This document shows positions 7,866-17,190 of a stretch of DNA of 64,000 bases, piece after piece (within the stretch, counting starts at the first letter, position 1; each line of letters begins with the position of its first letter). The DNA lies in NCBI GenBank assembly GCA_964519505.1, contig CAZFJX010000005.1:20743-84742 (forward strand), written 5' to 3'. The stretch comes from an uncultured Desulfurococcales archaeon. Its GTDB lineage: Archaea > Thermoproteota > Thermoprotei_A > Sulfolobales > CAZFJX01. A model generated the notes under the pieces. The model was not told where the DNA came from and ran no database searches. It saw only the letters and a program-made list of their open reading frames with translations. Made by a program: the position numbers and the translations under genes.

Positions 7866-8620
7866 GCTACTGAGTATGGGCAGAAGTACCCGATGTTTAA
7901 GAATTCCTTAAACGCTCTCTTAAGGATGGTATAAGCACCTTTAGCTGAAACACCATATATCACCCCTACCTTACCTTCTTTAAATACTTCATTAATGATG
8001 CCGTAAATGGTTTTATTGACTATAGCACTACCTGTTATCAATATAATGTCAACATATTTAATTAACTCATTATTCTTGAAGCCGTCAATAATCCTTACCC
8101 CATACTTTACTTTACCAATAACGTCTTTATTCAAATCAGTAACGTACACGTTACGGAACCTACTTACTAATGCCTTAACGTGACCTGGGTGGTAGCCTAT
8201 GTGAAGAATACTTACGTTACTACCGTAACTTCTTAGTAAGTAATCAGCTAATTCCACACCACATAACTCAGGTTCCTTACCTTTACAATGTGTGCCCCCA
8301 TCTATAATACCTAACATAGTTAGTAACGCGTTAAGGGTAGCAAAAAATATGCCTCTCCACCCGATATTACCTAGGTCAAGGTCATTAACTAACCTACTTA
8401 AAGTACTCTTGTAACTTAGTGGGTAAGGAGTGAATGCATGACCTTTAAAACCATTAATTTCACACTCAATGAGTACTTCAGGACCCCTAATTAAGGCATA
8501 CTCGTCCGACGGTAAGTTAAGCTCCTTACCTAACCTAGACCTACAGATAATTGACTTTCTAAGTAAGTCCCTCTTAACTAGTAACTCCTTAAACGAATTA
8601 AGTAAGTACTCATCATACAT
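7832..8620 (-). CDS. DUF364-like Rossmann-fold protein (putative metal-chelation domain family)
   Basis: 262 aa. ...ILHIGYHPGHVKALVSRFRNVYVTDLNKD...KYVDIILITGSAIVNKTIYGII resembles the DUF364 C-terminal motif (xITGstlvNxT). It is last in the same-strand ABC operon, 4 nt from the ATPase gene. Confidence 0.5.
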   Translation of the reverse strand: MYDEYLLNSFKELLVKRDLLRKSIICRSRLGKELNLPSDEYALIRGPEVLIECEINGFKGHAFTPYPLSYKSTLSRLVNDLDLGNIGWRGIFFATLNALLTMLGIIDGGTHCKGKEPELCGVELADYLLRSYGSNVSILHIGYHPGHVKALVSRFRNVYVTDLNKDVIGKVKYGVRIIDGFKNNELIKYVDIILITGSAIVNKTIYGIINEVFKEGKVGVIYGVSAKGAYTILKRAFKEFLNIGYFCPYSVAQWPSSRTRKA

Positions 8621-8624
8621 AGAC

Positions 8625-9665
8625 CTACACCACGATCCTTAAATACCTAATAGGTAGCTTAACGTAAACTAAATCACCACTCCTTAAGCTTAAAGACTCT
8701 GGAGTGTACACCTTCAACTCTAGGCCATTTAATGATACCAAAACCTCGTTATGTTCTGTACATGACTTAATCACTAAAGCCTTAAACGTGTTCACCTTAG
8801 TGTATGGTGGTTCCTTAGATAGAACAACTTTATTTGGGGGTATGACCACGAGTACCTCATCACCTACCTTAAGAGGCCCCTCAGTAGGGGCCATAAGTAA
8901 TAACCCTCTACACTTAACCTTAACTAAGCCCTCATGACCTAAAGAACCAACAACACATCTAAACACGTTTAACTCATGAAGTACCTTAGAAATAACGTTG
9001 ATGACGTCCCTTAATCTACCTATACCAATTAATGAGCCGTTATTAAGTACGGCTATTTTTGAACCAAGTTCCTCAGCCTCACTTATGTCGTGAGTAACGA
9101 AAAGCATAGTTATACGTAACTTACTATGGAGTTTCTTAATCTCAGATATTAACTGGTACTTCATACTTGACTGGATACTGCTGAATGGTTCATCAAGAAG
9201 CAGTATCTTTGGTTTTATAGCTAAAGCCCTAGCGATAGCGACCCTCTGCCTCTCACCACCACTTAAAGTTCTTGGGTATCTTCTACGTAGGTGATTAAGC
9301 TCAAGTAACTCAAGTACCTCATTGGTTCTCTCCTCAATAGCGTCCTTAGGTAACCCCCTGGCCCTAAGCCCGTAAGCAACGTTTTCCTCAACAGTCATGT
9401 GTGGGAATAAAGCCAGGTTTTGGGGCACATAACCAACACCTCTTCTCTCAGGCGGTATGTGGTCTACGGGCACATCGTCGAAAAGAACACTGCCTTCATA
9501 CTTAACTAAGCCGGCAATAACCTTAAGTAGCGTAGTCTTACCAGCACCGTTAGGGCCTAAAACACATAGTAACTCACCATTACTTACCCTAAGGTTAATG
9601 TTCTTAAGGACGAAGTTCCTAACATTCCTTAACTCTATTGAAGGCATTACCCCCTCAACCCCCAC
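8625..9665 (-). CDS. ABC transporter ATP-binding protein with a C-terminal TOBE/Mop-like domain
   Basis: 346 aa. Walker A GPNGAGKTTLLKVIAG, signature LSGGERQRVAIARAL, Walker B ILLLDEPFS, H-loop VTHD. The ~110-aa beta-rich C-terminal tail is typical of ModC/WtpC/CysA-type ATPases. Confidence 0.85.
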   Translation of the reverse strand: MGVEGVMPSIELRNVRNFVLKNINLRVSNGELLCVLGPNGAGKTTLLKVIAGLVKYEGSVLFDDVPVDHIPPERRGVGYVPQNLALFPHMTVEENVAYGLRARGLPKDAIEERTNEVLELLELNHLRRRYPRTLSGGERQRVAIARALAIKPKILLLDEPFSSIQSSMKYQLISEIKKLHSKLRITMLFVTHDISEAEELGSKIAVLNNGSLIGIGRLRDVINVISKVLHELNVFRCVVGSLGHEGLVKVKCRGLLLMAPTEGPLKVGDEVLVVIPPNKVVLSKEPPYTKVNTFKALVIKSCTEHNEVLVSLNGLELKVYTPESLSLRSGDLVYVKLPIRYLRIVV

Positions 9666-10420
9666 CTCCTTAATACGCTAAGCTCTAACTTCTCGAAAAG
9701 TAAATGGAAGAGATAAGTCGAGACAGATAACACAAGTAACGCAGCAATAAGCACATCAACCCTTAAAGTACTTTGAGCAACTATCATTAGGTACCCAAGA
9801 CCTGAAGACATAACCAGCATCTCAGCAACGAAACATGTTTTCCAAGCCATAACAGCCTCTATCTTTAATGCTGAAAATATGGATGGAAGTGCTTGAGGTA
9901 ACATAATTGTGAATATGACCTTGAAGGTACTGGCACCTAAGGTCTTAGCAACACCTATCATCTCAGGGTCAACAGACCTCATACCGCTAATGGTGTTATA
10001 TATGACGGGGATTGAGGAACATATAAAAACGGCCGTTATAGGTAAGAACTCATTAATGCCGACCCACACTATAAGTAAAGGTATTAACGCAACCGTAGGT
10101 GTTACAGCTAAGAAAGCTAGTATCGGGTAAAACACATCCCTAACCAAGTCCTTTAACGATAGAGCAATCCCCACAAAAAGACCTACTAAAGTCCCTAACG
10201 TAAAACCTATTAAAACCCTAACTAAGGTCCTGACATACTCATTAATAAGGGCACCGGATACAATTAAGTGAATTAAGGTCATGCCTACTTTAGATGGTGG
10301 TGGGAAGAGATACGTAGGTACAACACCGATGGAGGGAACGAGCTCCCATAGAGCACAAATTACAAGAACCGTAATAAGAACTAATAAGGCCCTTACTAAA
10401 CCCCCCTTAATCGGCCTCAC
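9647..10420 (-). CDS. ABC transporter permease (binding-protein-dependent, NitT/TauT-like)
   Basis: 257 aa with ~6 TM helices. EAA-like loop: AKTLGASTFKVIFTIMLPQALPSIF. Overlaps both neighbours (19 and 14 nt), which suggests translational coupling. Confidence 0.85.
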   Translation of the reverse strand: MRPIKGGLVRALLVLITVLVICALWELVPSIGVVPTYLFPPPSKVGMTLIHLIVSGALINEYVRTLVRVLIGFTLGTLVGLFVGIALSLKDLVRDVFYPILAFLAVTPTVALIPLLIVWVGINEFLPITAVFICSSIPVIYNTISGMRSVDPEMIGVAKTLGASTFKVIFTIMLPQALPSIFSALKIEAVMAWKTCFVAEMLVMSSGLGYLMIVAQSTLRVDVLIAALLVLSVSTYLFHLLFEKLELSVLRRWGLRG

Positions 10421-11369
10421 CTAATACCTTCTTGAGGTAAGTTAAATCAACGACGTCTTCAGCCTTAACACCCTCATTAATAACCCCATACTTAACCAGT
10501 AGGTTAATTAATTTCTGAATTTCATCCTTATCGATAACGTAGGTATATCTTAAGTTCTTCATGGATCTAAGCATAACGTCATAGGGCACGTTGAGTCTCT
10601 TAGCAACTATTCGTGCTGACTCATTAAGATTCTTATTAATGTACTTAGTAGACTTCACAGTCACCTTAATAAGCTTTAAGACTATATCTGGATGCCCCTT
10701 AAGGAAGTCTTCCCTAACGACTAAAGCACTGCCAGGCATGTTGGGCCATATGTCTTGACTCCTTATAAGTACCCTCATACCCTTAGACTCAGCTAGTGAG
10801 ACATAATGCTCAGGTAGTGATGCAGCATCTATCTGACCAGTCAGCAAGGCGTTTAAGGACATAAATGGAGGCATCTTCTTAATCTCTACATCACTTAAGT
10901 TATACATATCGATAACCATCTTAAGCAGTAACCACGTAGGACTCCCGGGACCTGAGGAAGCCACTACCTTACCACTTAGTTCACGTACATCACTTATTCC
11001 TGGGCGGGCGACTATGGCGTAACCGTGCAGATGCGTCATGGCTAAGATCTTAATGGGGGTTCCTCTAGAGTAAATAAGTATTGCTGGAGATGTACACACC
11101 CAAGCAACAGGTATATCTCCTTTAGCCATCGCTGTAGCTAGCTCAAGACCCGTCCTAAAAACCACTAACTTACTGACATTAAGACCTTCCTCCTTAAACC
11201 ACCCCTTATCTAAAGCAACCCAAGCGGCCGCTGAATGATCGTTAAACTCAACAGCCATACCTACATTCGTTAACTCCCCCTTAATGACCATGTTAATGTA
11301 GGTTAGAGAAGCCGCTAATAGGGTCACTAATAAAACCGTAAGCATTAGTACTGAGGTGCTTACCCTCAT
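10407..11369 (-). CDS. ABC substrate-binding protein, NMT1/THI5-like (NitT/TauT family), N-terminal membrane anchor
   Basis: 320 aa with an N-terminal TM. AAAWVALDKGWFKEEGLNV...TGLELATAMAKGDIPVAWV... fits the COG0715-type binding-protein pattern. Confidence 0.7.
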   Translation of the reverse strand: MRVSTSVLMLTVLLVTLLAASLTYINMVIKGELTNVGMAVEFNDHSAAAWVALDKGWFKEEGLNVSKLVVFRTGLELATAMAKGDIPVAWVCTSPAILIYSRGTPIKILAMTHLHGYAIVARPGISDVRELSGKVVASSGPGSPTWLLLKMVIDMYNLSDVEIKKMPPFMSLNALLTGQIDAASLPEHYVSLAESKGMRVLIRSQDIWPNMPGSALVVREDFLKGHPDIVLKLIKVTVKSTKYINKNLNESARIVAKRLNVPYDVMLRSMKNLRYTYVIDKDEIQKLINLLVKYGVINEGVKAEDVVDLTYLKKVLGEAD

Positions 11370-11484
11370 TAGAATCCCTGTAAATGTAAGTAGTTACACT
11401 TAATAAGTATTATGATTTATGAATGTAAACAAATCCATTAACATATTGAGTTTAGATAGAAAAACATTATATTTGTTAACTAGT

Positions 11485-13542
11485 TTAGAGTTTAAACGCT
11501 ATTGTTTTAACGTAATTTAAGTCCTCAGTAACTATCTTTATTGATTCCTCACCTATTAGGTATAGGTACTCGCCTATGTATATAGTTCTCTCAACGAACC
11601 TATGCTCAACAAATCCCTTAAGCACTAACTTACCGTCACCGACCTTAATCACCATAACACCCTCACCACTACCGAGGCGTACCGGGAATGTGAAGTAGCC
11701 TTTCTCGTAGTTGATCATGAATGCCTTATGATCCCTAAATAGTGGTGACCATACAGCGCCTTCTTTAGCTATCTTAGCTACCTCGGTAATGTTTGTGGGG
11801 TCAGTTATGTTGAAGAGAGATACCTTAATGCCACGTACGATACCTGAGTCTTCGTAGGTGTCATAGCCAATACCTATTAAGTACTTATTCTTACCGAAGT
11901 TAATGGGGTGCAGATACTCTGAGTAACCAGGTATTTTTAGGTAGCCAAGTACCTTCGGGTTCTTAGGATCTGATAAGTCAATACCGAATAGTGGGTCAAC
12001 CCTCCTATAAGTCACTAAATACATTAAATCACCTAAATACCTAGCAGCATAGATTCTCTCACCAGGAGCTAACCCCTCTAACTCACCTACAATCTCTAAG
12101 TTCTCGTCAAGTACGTAAACATTATTTAATGTCTTAAACTCAACAACCCCTCCCTCCTTCACGGAGTACTTATGTACAGTTGTTGCTACCCTGAAGTAGC
12201 CGTTATACTCATCCATTGAGAATTGGTCAAGTACATAACCAGGGACAGACCCCTTAGCTACAGCGACTATGTCGAGGCCGTTTAAGCTGAACTTATATAT
12301 TACGGTTTTCTCATGATAGTACTCCTCATATATGTATGCTGTCTTATTAATAAATTCCTTCATAAACTTCTCCCTCTCCTTAAAGTCTAGCGAGTTAAAC
12401 CAATCGCTAATTACCTCCATAACCAACTTACGCTTAAGTCTATCAGAGATATCTAGTGACTTAATCTTAATTATGTCCTCCTTAATATCTTCAGGAACTA
12501 GCTGTAGTAGCACCTTCTCCAACTCATCATATATGACCTCAGGACTTACCCAAGACCTTGACAGTATGTATAGGTTACTTAGTGATACATAGACATTAGC
12601 TGAGTTACCTAACATGAATACCTGCCACGAGTAATCACCAGAGTCTACATCCACGGCTAGTATTATCGTGAATACGTAACCATAGTCCTTCTCAAAATAC
12701 TTAATGTCCGTAGGGTCTACCTTAACATCATTTATAACTGGTAGTACTACCTCATTCTCAACATATATTACGGGCATTGTGGTAATTAAGTATAGGTACT
12801 TACCGATCATTCTTGAGGTCATGTAGTGACCTGTAATGTTTATATCCTTAATTAGCTTAGGCTCGCACCTATCAGATATGTCATATATCAATATAGTCGT
12901 GTTTGAAACCTTACGGTATGGTGGTGGCACCATCCCCTTACTAGCTTCAGGTATTGCTAGAAGTCCGCGATATGATGAAGCTATAATGACTAGTTTATCA
13001 CCATATACGTATAGCCCGTAGACCATCCTATGTAAATCGATCTCACTAACTACTTCAGAATCCTCGCCTGGATACGCCTTAACTATGTATACCTTAGCGT
13101 GACCTACAGGAGCTACATATATGTACTTACCATCAGTCTTAACTATGTCTGCTTCATCAACACCAGCTACCTGAACATTCGTTTTTGAGTAACTTACTTC
13201 GCCCTTCGCTATGGATGCTGGTCTTGGGGTTGCTGTTGGTGTGACTAAGGCTAATGCTCGGGATTCCGCATACTCACCAATAACCCCAAAGACTATCGCT
13301 GGAATACCTATATCGGCTGTGAATATGTAAGGACTTGACTCCTTAGACTTAACGAAATTAACTAACTCCTCATAACTACTGAATGACTTAACCTCAACTA
13401 GTTGCTTAGGTGTCGTGGTTGTTACTGGAACCCCCTCACCCACGGGTGGTATCTTAACTATGTTGAGAGTTATAGCCAGGATTATTAGGGTGACAACAAG
13501 TACCACAGACATTAACGCCTTCCTTGACCTCACATCCAGCAC
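11485..13542 (-). CDS. Secreted/membrane-anchored beta-propeller domain protein (PF09826-like)
   Basis: 685 aa with an N-terminal TM. Hallmark SKTNVQVAGVDEADIVKTDGKYIYV, plus a C-terminal YLHPI...GIGYD...GIKVSLFNITDP propeller pattern. Confidence 0.7.
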   Translation of the reverse strand: MLDVRSRKALMSVVLVVTLIILAITLNIVKIPPVGEGVPVTTTTPKQLVEVKSFSSYEELVNFVKSKESSPYIFTADIGIPAIVFGVIGEYAESRALALVTPTATPRPASIAKGEVSYSKTNVQVAGVDEADIVKTDGKYIYVAPVGHAKVYIVKAYPGEDSEVVSEIDLHRMVYGLYVYGDKLVIIASSYRGLLAIPEASKGMVPPPYRKVSNTTILIYDISDRCEPKLIKDINITGHYMTSRMIGKYLYLITTMPVIYVENEVVLPVINDVKVDPTDIKYFEKDYGYVFTIILAVDVDSGDYSWQVFMLGNSANVYVSLSNLYILSRSWVSPEVIYDELEKVLLQLVPEDIKEDIIKIKSLDISDRLKRKLVMEVISDWFNSLDFKEREKFMKEFINKTAYIYEEYYHEKTVIYKFSLNGLDIVAVAKGSVPGYVLDQFSMDEYNGYFRVATTVHKYSVKEGGVVEFKTLNNVYVLDENLEIVGELEGLAPGERIYAARYLGDLMYLVTYRRVDPLFGIDLSDPKNPKVLGYLKIPGYSEYLHPINFGKNKYLIGIGYDTYEDSGIVRGIKVSLFNITDPTNITEVAKIAKEGAVWSPLFRDHKAFMINYEKGYFTFPVRLGSGEGVMVIKVGDGKLVLKGFVEHRFVERTIYIGEYLYLIGEESIKIVTEDLNYVKTIAFKL

Positions 13543-13726
13543 CGTGGAAACTATCGTGAACCCCCTATATAGAACTACACATTAGAACATGAAGCTAAAG
13601 AGACTCGAACACCCAGTCCTTAATCAAGGACTAAACACTGAATCAACGTGCCTCAAGGTAGTTATTAGAAGGTACTACAGTCACTTATAAAAGGTTCAAC
13701 CAAGCAATTTAGGTATTGGAGCTAAA

Positions 13727-14887
13727 GTGAGGTACGGAATAAGGAGCTTAATAAGTGCTTCGATACCCATCATAAGCTTACTCATACTCACGCTCACAAC
13801 ATCCCTTACTGCCTCGGCAAGCAGTAACTATGTTTTCTATATTTACGGTAGCTTAAAGTGTGGTTCCTGTGCTTCATTAGTTAATTTCTTTAAGGATGAA
13901 GGACTTAACTACTACTTCTGTAGTTTTGAAAATATGAGTTGCGCGACTAGGTTCTCATCACTTGTTGAGGGTTACGGAGTCCCTGACATAACACCGCTTA
14001 CGTTGGTCATAGTTAATGACTCGGTAGTAGCTATAGTTGGTGGTGACGTGCATAATAAGGATTTCTGGCTTGGACTACTCAGTAAGAACTACGGTGGTAA
14101 GATACCTATCTACCTATTCACTATGGGTAAGGGATTTATCGAGGGTGTTGACTCTAAGGTATTTGCTGCTAAGTACGCTCCTGAGGTTGTTAAGGTAAGT
14201 AACGTTACTGAGACTACTAATGGGTTTAAGGGTGATTTATGGGCTGTTGTTGCTGTTATGTTTGGCTTAGCACTTAGTGATGCTATAAATCCGTGTGCTA
14301 CATACGTATATATCTTACTACTAGTCGCTTCAGCCTTAGTAGCTGTTAAGAGGGGTAGTAAGGGGTTAATAATGGCCACAGGGACCGCATTCATATGTGC
14401 TGTGTACGTAGGCTACTACATGTTAGGTGTTGGTCTACTTTCAGTACTTACCTACGTACCTACATGGGTGCTTAGCGCCATAGCTATAGGCTTCGGACTT
14501 TGGGTGATTATCACAGGCATATTTAGGAAGTCAAGGATCGTTGCTAAGAGCTCTATAATAAACTTAATTAGGAGGGCTAAGACCTCAGTAATAATGTCGG
14601 TCGTACTAGGATTCGTAGTAACCTTCACATTACTCCCATGCTCTTCAGGCCCCTACGTTGTCTTCGCCGGACTTATATCTAGGTTCAACCTAGTCACAGC
14701 ATTAACCTTATTAGCACTATATAACCTACTCTTCATACTCCCACTAGTAGTGATTATGTTCATAATAACTACAACTATGAAGTACAGAAGGGTTCAAGAA
14801 TTCATAGTCACCTATGACAGACCCCTATCCGTTGTTGCTGGGATACTCCTAATAGGCGTAGGTATATACGTTCTCCTCCTTCATTAA
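13727..14887 (+). CDS. Fusion of an extracytoplasmic thioredoxin/glutaredoxin-like domain (CGSC) with a DsbD/CcdA-type thiol-disulfide transporter core
   Basis: 386 aa. Signal/TM, then YIYGSLKCGSCASLVNFF (CxxC). The membrane core carries the two conserved Cys motifs LSDAINPCATYVYILLL and TLLPCSSGPYVVF. Confidence 0.7.
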   Translation: MRYGIRSLISASIPIISLLILTLTTSLTASASSNYVFYIYGSLKCGSCASLVNFFKDEGLNYYFCSFENMSCATRFSSLVEGYGVPDITPLTLVIVNDSVVAIVGGDVHNKDFWLGLLSKNYGGKIPIYLFTMGKGFIEGVDSKVFAAKYAPEVVKVSNVTETTNGFKGDLWAVVAVMFGLALSDAINPCATYVYILLLVASALVAVKRGSKGLIMATGTAFICAVYVGYYMLGVGLLSVLTYVPTWVLSAIAIGFGLWVIITGIFRKSRIVAKSSIINLIRRAKTSVIMSVVLGFVVTFTLLPCSSGPYVVFAGLISRFNLVTALTLLALYNLLFILPLVVIMFIITTTMKYRRVQEFIVTYDRPLSVVAGILLIGVGIYVLLLH

Positions 14888-14975
14888 GCGTTTTACCTAA
14901 GCCTACACTCTGAATCTGAGAGAGTTACCTCAGTATTTAAATTCTTAGATTAGAGTTTAGTGGGGGCGTAAAGCC

Positions 14976-15914
14976 ATGAGTGAAGTAGTGATTGAGGTTA
15001 GGGATGTAGTTAAGAGATACGGTGATGTAGTGGCTGTTGCCGGGGTATCTTTTGATGTAGTCAAGAGTGAGGTATTTGGCCTACTAGGACCTAACGGTGC
15101 TGGTAAAACAACCTTACTCAACGTTATTGTGGGTGTTTTAAGACCAGATGAGGGTAGGGTAACCATTAAGGGTATTGACGTAGTCTCAATGCCGTTTAAG
15201 GTCAAGAAGTTAATAGGTTTCTTACCTCAAGAAAACCCCCTATATCCATGGTTAACGGGGGAGGAGAATTTAGTGCTTTACGCAAGCATATACGGCATAC
15301 CCAGGGATGAGGCTAAGAGGAGGGCTAGGGAGCTACTTGAGCTATTTGGTCTTGAGGAAGACGCTAAGAAGAGAGTGAGTAAGTACTCTGGTGGTATGAT
15401 GAGGAAGCTATCATTAGCTACAGCCTTAATACATGATCCTGAGATACTCATTCTTGACGAGCCAACAACGGGTCTAGACCCTAACATGAGGAGGGAGTTT
15501 TGGGGTTATGTAAATGACTTAAGGAGGAAAGGGAAGACAGTAATCCTATCAACACACTACATGGAGGAGGCTGATGTATTATCAAGTAGGGTAGCCATCA
15601 TGGATAAAGGTAAGATACTGGTCCTAGATACACCTGAGAACTTAAAGAAGAGCTTAGGTCCTTACGCATCAATAAACATAGAGTTTAAGGCTATTGATGG
15701 CGAACACGTTGGCGGGTTACTCAAGGAGTTTGCTGAGGGGGGTATAGCGTGTAGAGAGGATGTTTGTAGGGTCTTAGTAAGGAACCCAGACGTAGCCGTT
15801 CCTAAGATAACTAGTAAGCTATACTCTTCGGGTGTAAAGATAGTTAGGTTAAGTGTTGAGGAACCAACCCTTGAGGATGTATTTATTAAACTAACTGGTA
15901 GGAGGTTAGAGTAA
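14976..15914 (+). CDS. ABC-2 type exporter ATP-binding protein
   Basis: 312 aa. GPNGAGKTTLLNVIVG, YSGGMMRKLSLATALI, ILILDEPTTGLD, STHYMEEA. Confidence 0.9.
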   Translation: MSEVVIEVRDVVKRYGDVVAVAGVSFDVVKSEVFGLLGPNGAGKTTLLNVIVGVLRPDEGRVTIKGIDVVSMPFKVKKLIGFLPQENPLYPWLTGEENLVLYASIYGIPRDEAKRRARELLELFGLEEDAKKRVSKYSGGMMRKLSLATALIHDPEILILDEPTTGLDPNMRREFWGYVNDLRRKGKTVILSTHYMEEADVLSSRVAIMDKGKILVLDTPENLKKSLGPYASINIEFKAIDGEHVGGLLKEFAEGGIACREDVCRVLVRNPDVAVPKITSKLYSSGVKIVRLSVEEPTLEDVFIKLTGRRLE

Positions 15915-15915
15915 G

Positions 15916-17181
15916 ATGAATTGGAGGGCAGTATACGCATTACTCGTACGTAACATAAAGAGGGGGTTTAGGCATAAGGACGAGCTATTCTGGATGATAA
16001 TATTCCCAATAATGATGATGTTCCTAGTAGCTTACGTATTCATACCGCCTGAAAGGACTATAATGACTATAGACCTAGGTATAGTTAATTACGATGGTAA
16101 TCCAGCAGGGTTTAATTTTACTGCCCAGGACTTTATGAACATACTTAAGAACGTAACCATCGACGATAAGAAGCTATTTAAAGTAAAGGAATTCAACAGT
16201 ACTGAGGAAGGTCTTAGGGCGTTAAAGAAAGGTGATTTAGACGCCTTACTAGTGATCCCATCAGGATTTACCGTGAACTTAACGTATAGTAAGGCCCACC
16301 TTAAGGTATACATACTTAGTGCTGACCCGATGACTAAGCAAGTAGCTGAAGCAGAACTCATGGGTTTCCTACAGGGATTTGCTTCAAGGACGTCTAAGAT
16401 AAAGTTCCAGATCATGGTTAAGTACATGATGAAATACGTACCTGAGGAGTATAGGGACTACATAGACATATTCATTAAGTATATGGAGGGTATTGTAGAG
16501 CCCGTAAACGTTACTTATGAGACCGTATACCCTGAGAGGATGTATGAGAGAGGACACATAATCGGTTGGTTAGCTATAGGTATGATAGGTATCATGATAA
16601 TGTATAGTGGGTTTTATAGTGGTTCACTAGCCTTAATAAGTGAGAGGGAGGGCGGTACTTTAAGGAGGCTCTTTGCCGCACCAATAACTTACTTCGAGAT
16701 CTATATAACCGTAGTACTTGACGTACTAATATCGACAGCTATAACGGCTGCTATAGTTCTAACCATGAGCATATTCCTCCTAGGGGCTAAATTCACATGG
16801 ATATCTGGCCTTGACTTCGCAGTGATAGTGGCCCTATACATACTGGCAGCGTTATTCACGGTATCTATAGGCATACTGATATCTTTAGTATCTAAGAGCG
16901 TGAGGGGTGCCGCGGCCATAGCTAATGGCTTAGCATTCCCACTGATGTTCCTTACAGGTATATGGATACCTAAGTTCATGCTTCCACCAGCACTCCACGT
17001 AATCGCTGATTACTTCCCATTAACAAAGATAATTGACGGTATTAGAGACCTTGTAATTTACGGTAAGTCAATTACTGAGGTAATGACGTACCTACCGATA
17101 CCTGTAGTAGTGACCTTAGTACTAACGGCTATAGGTGTGCTGATATTTAGGAGAAGCGTTGAGAAGATGCTAGTTGGGTGA
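15916..17181 (+). CDS. ABC-2 family transporter permease
   Basis: 421 aa. N-terminal TM, large external loop, then 5 C-terminal TMs. Starts 2 nt after the ATPase stop. Confidence 0.85.
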   Translation: MNWRAVYALLVRNIKRGFRHKDELFWMIIFPIMMMFLVAYVFIPPERTIMTIDLGIVNYDGNPAGFNFTAQDFMNILKNVTIDDKKLFKVKEFNSTEEGLRALKKGDLDALLVIPSGFTVNLTYSKAHLKVYILSADPMTKQVAEAELMGFLQGFASRTSKIKFQIMVKYMMKYVPEEYRDYIDIFIKYMEGIVEPVNVTYETVYPERMYERGHIIGWLAIGMIGIMIMYSGFYSGSLALISEREGGTLRRLFAAPITYFEIYITVVLDVLISTAITAAIVLTMSIFLLGAKFTWISGLDFAVIVALYILAALFTVSIGILISLVSKSVRGAAAIANGLAFPLMFLTGIWIPKFMLPPALHVIADYFPLTKIIDGIRDLVIYGKSITEVMTYLPIPVVVTLVLTAIGVLIFRRSVEKMLVG

Positions 17182-17190
17182 TAAGCAATA

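Noticed and set aside
13598-13640. tRNA-like elements on the minus strand: GGGUGUUCGAGUC (T-loop-like) preceded by a hairpin AGUCCUUGAUUAAGGACU with GAU in the loop.
   Set aside because: The hairpin gives a 4-, 6- or 8-nt loop rather than a 7-nt anticodon loop. The putative T stem pairs poorly (GGGUG/CUCUU). No acceptor stem complement or D arm could be found. At best it is a fragment in a divergent promoter region.
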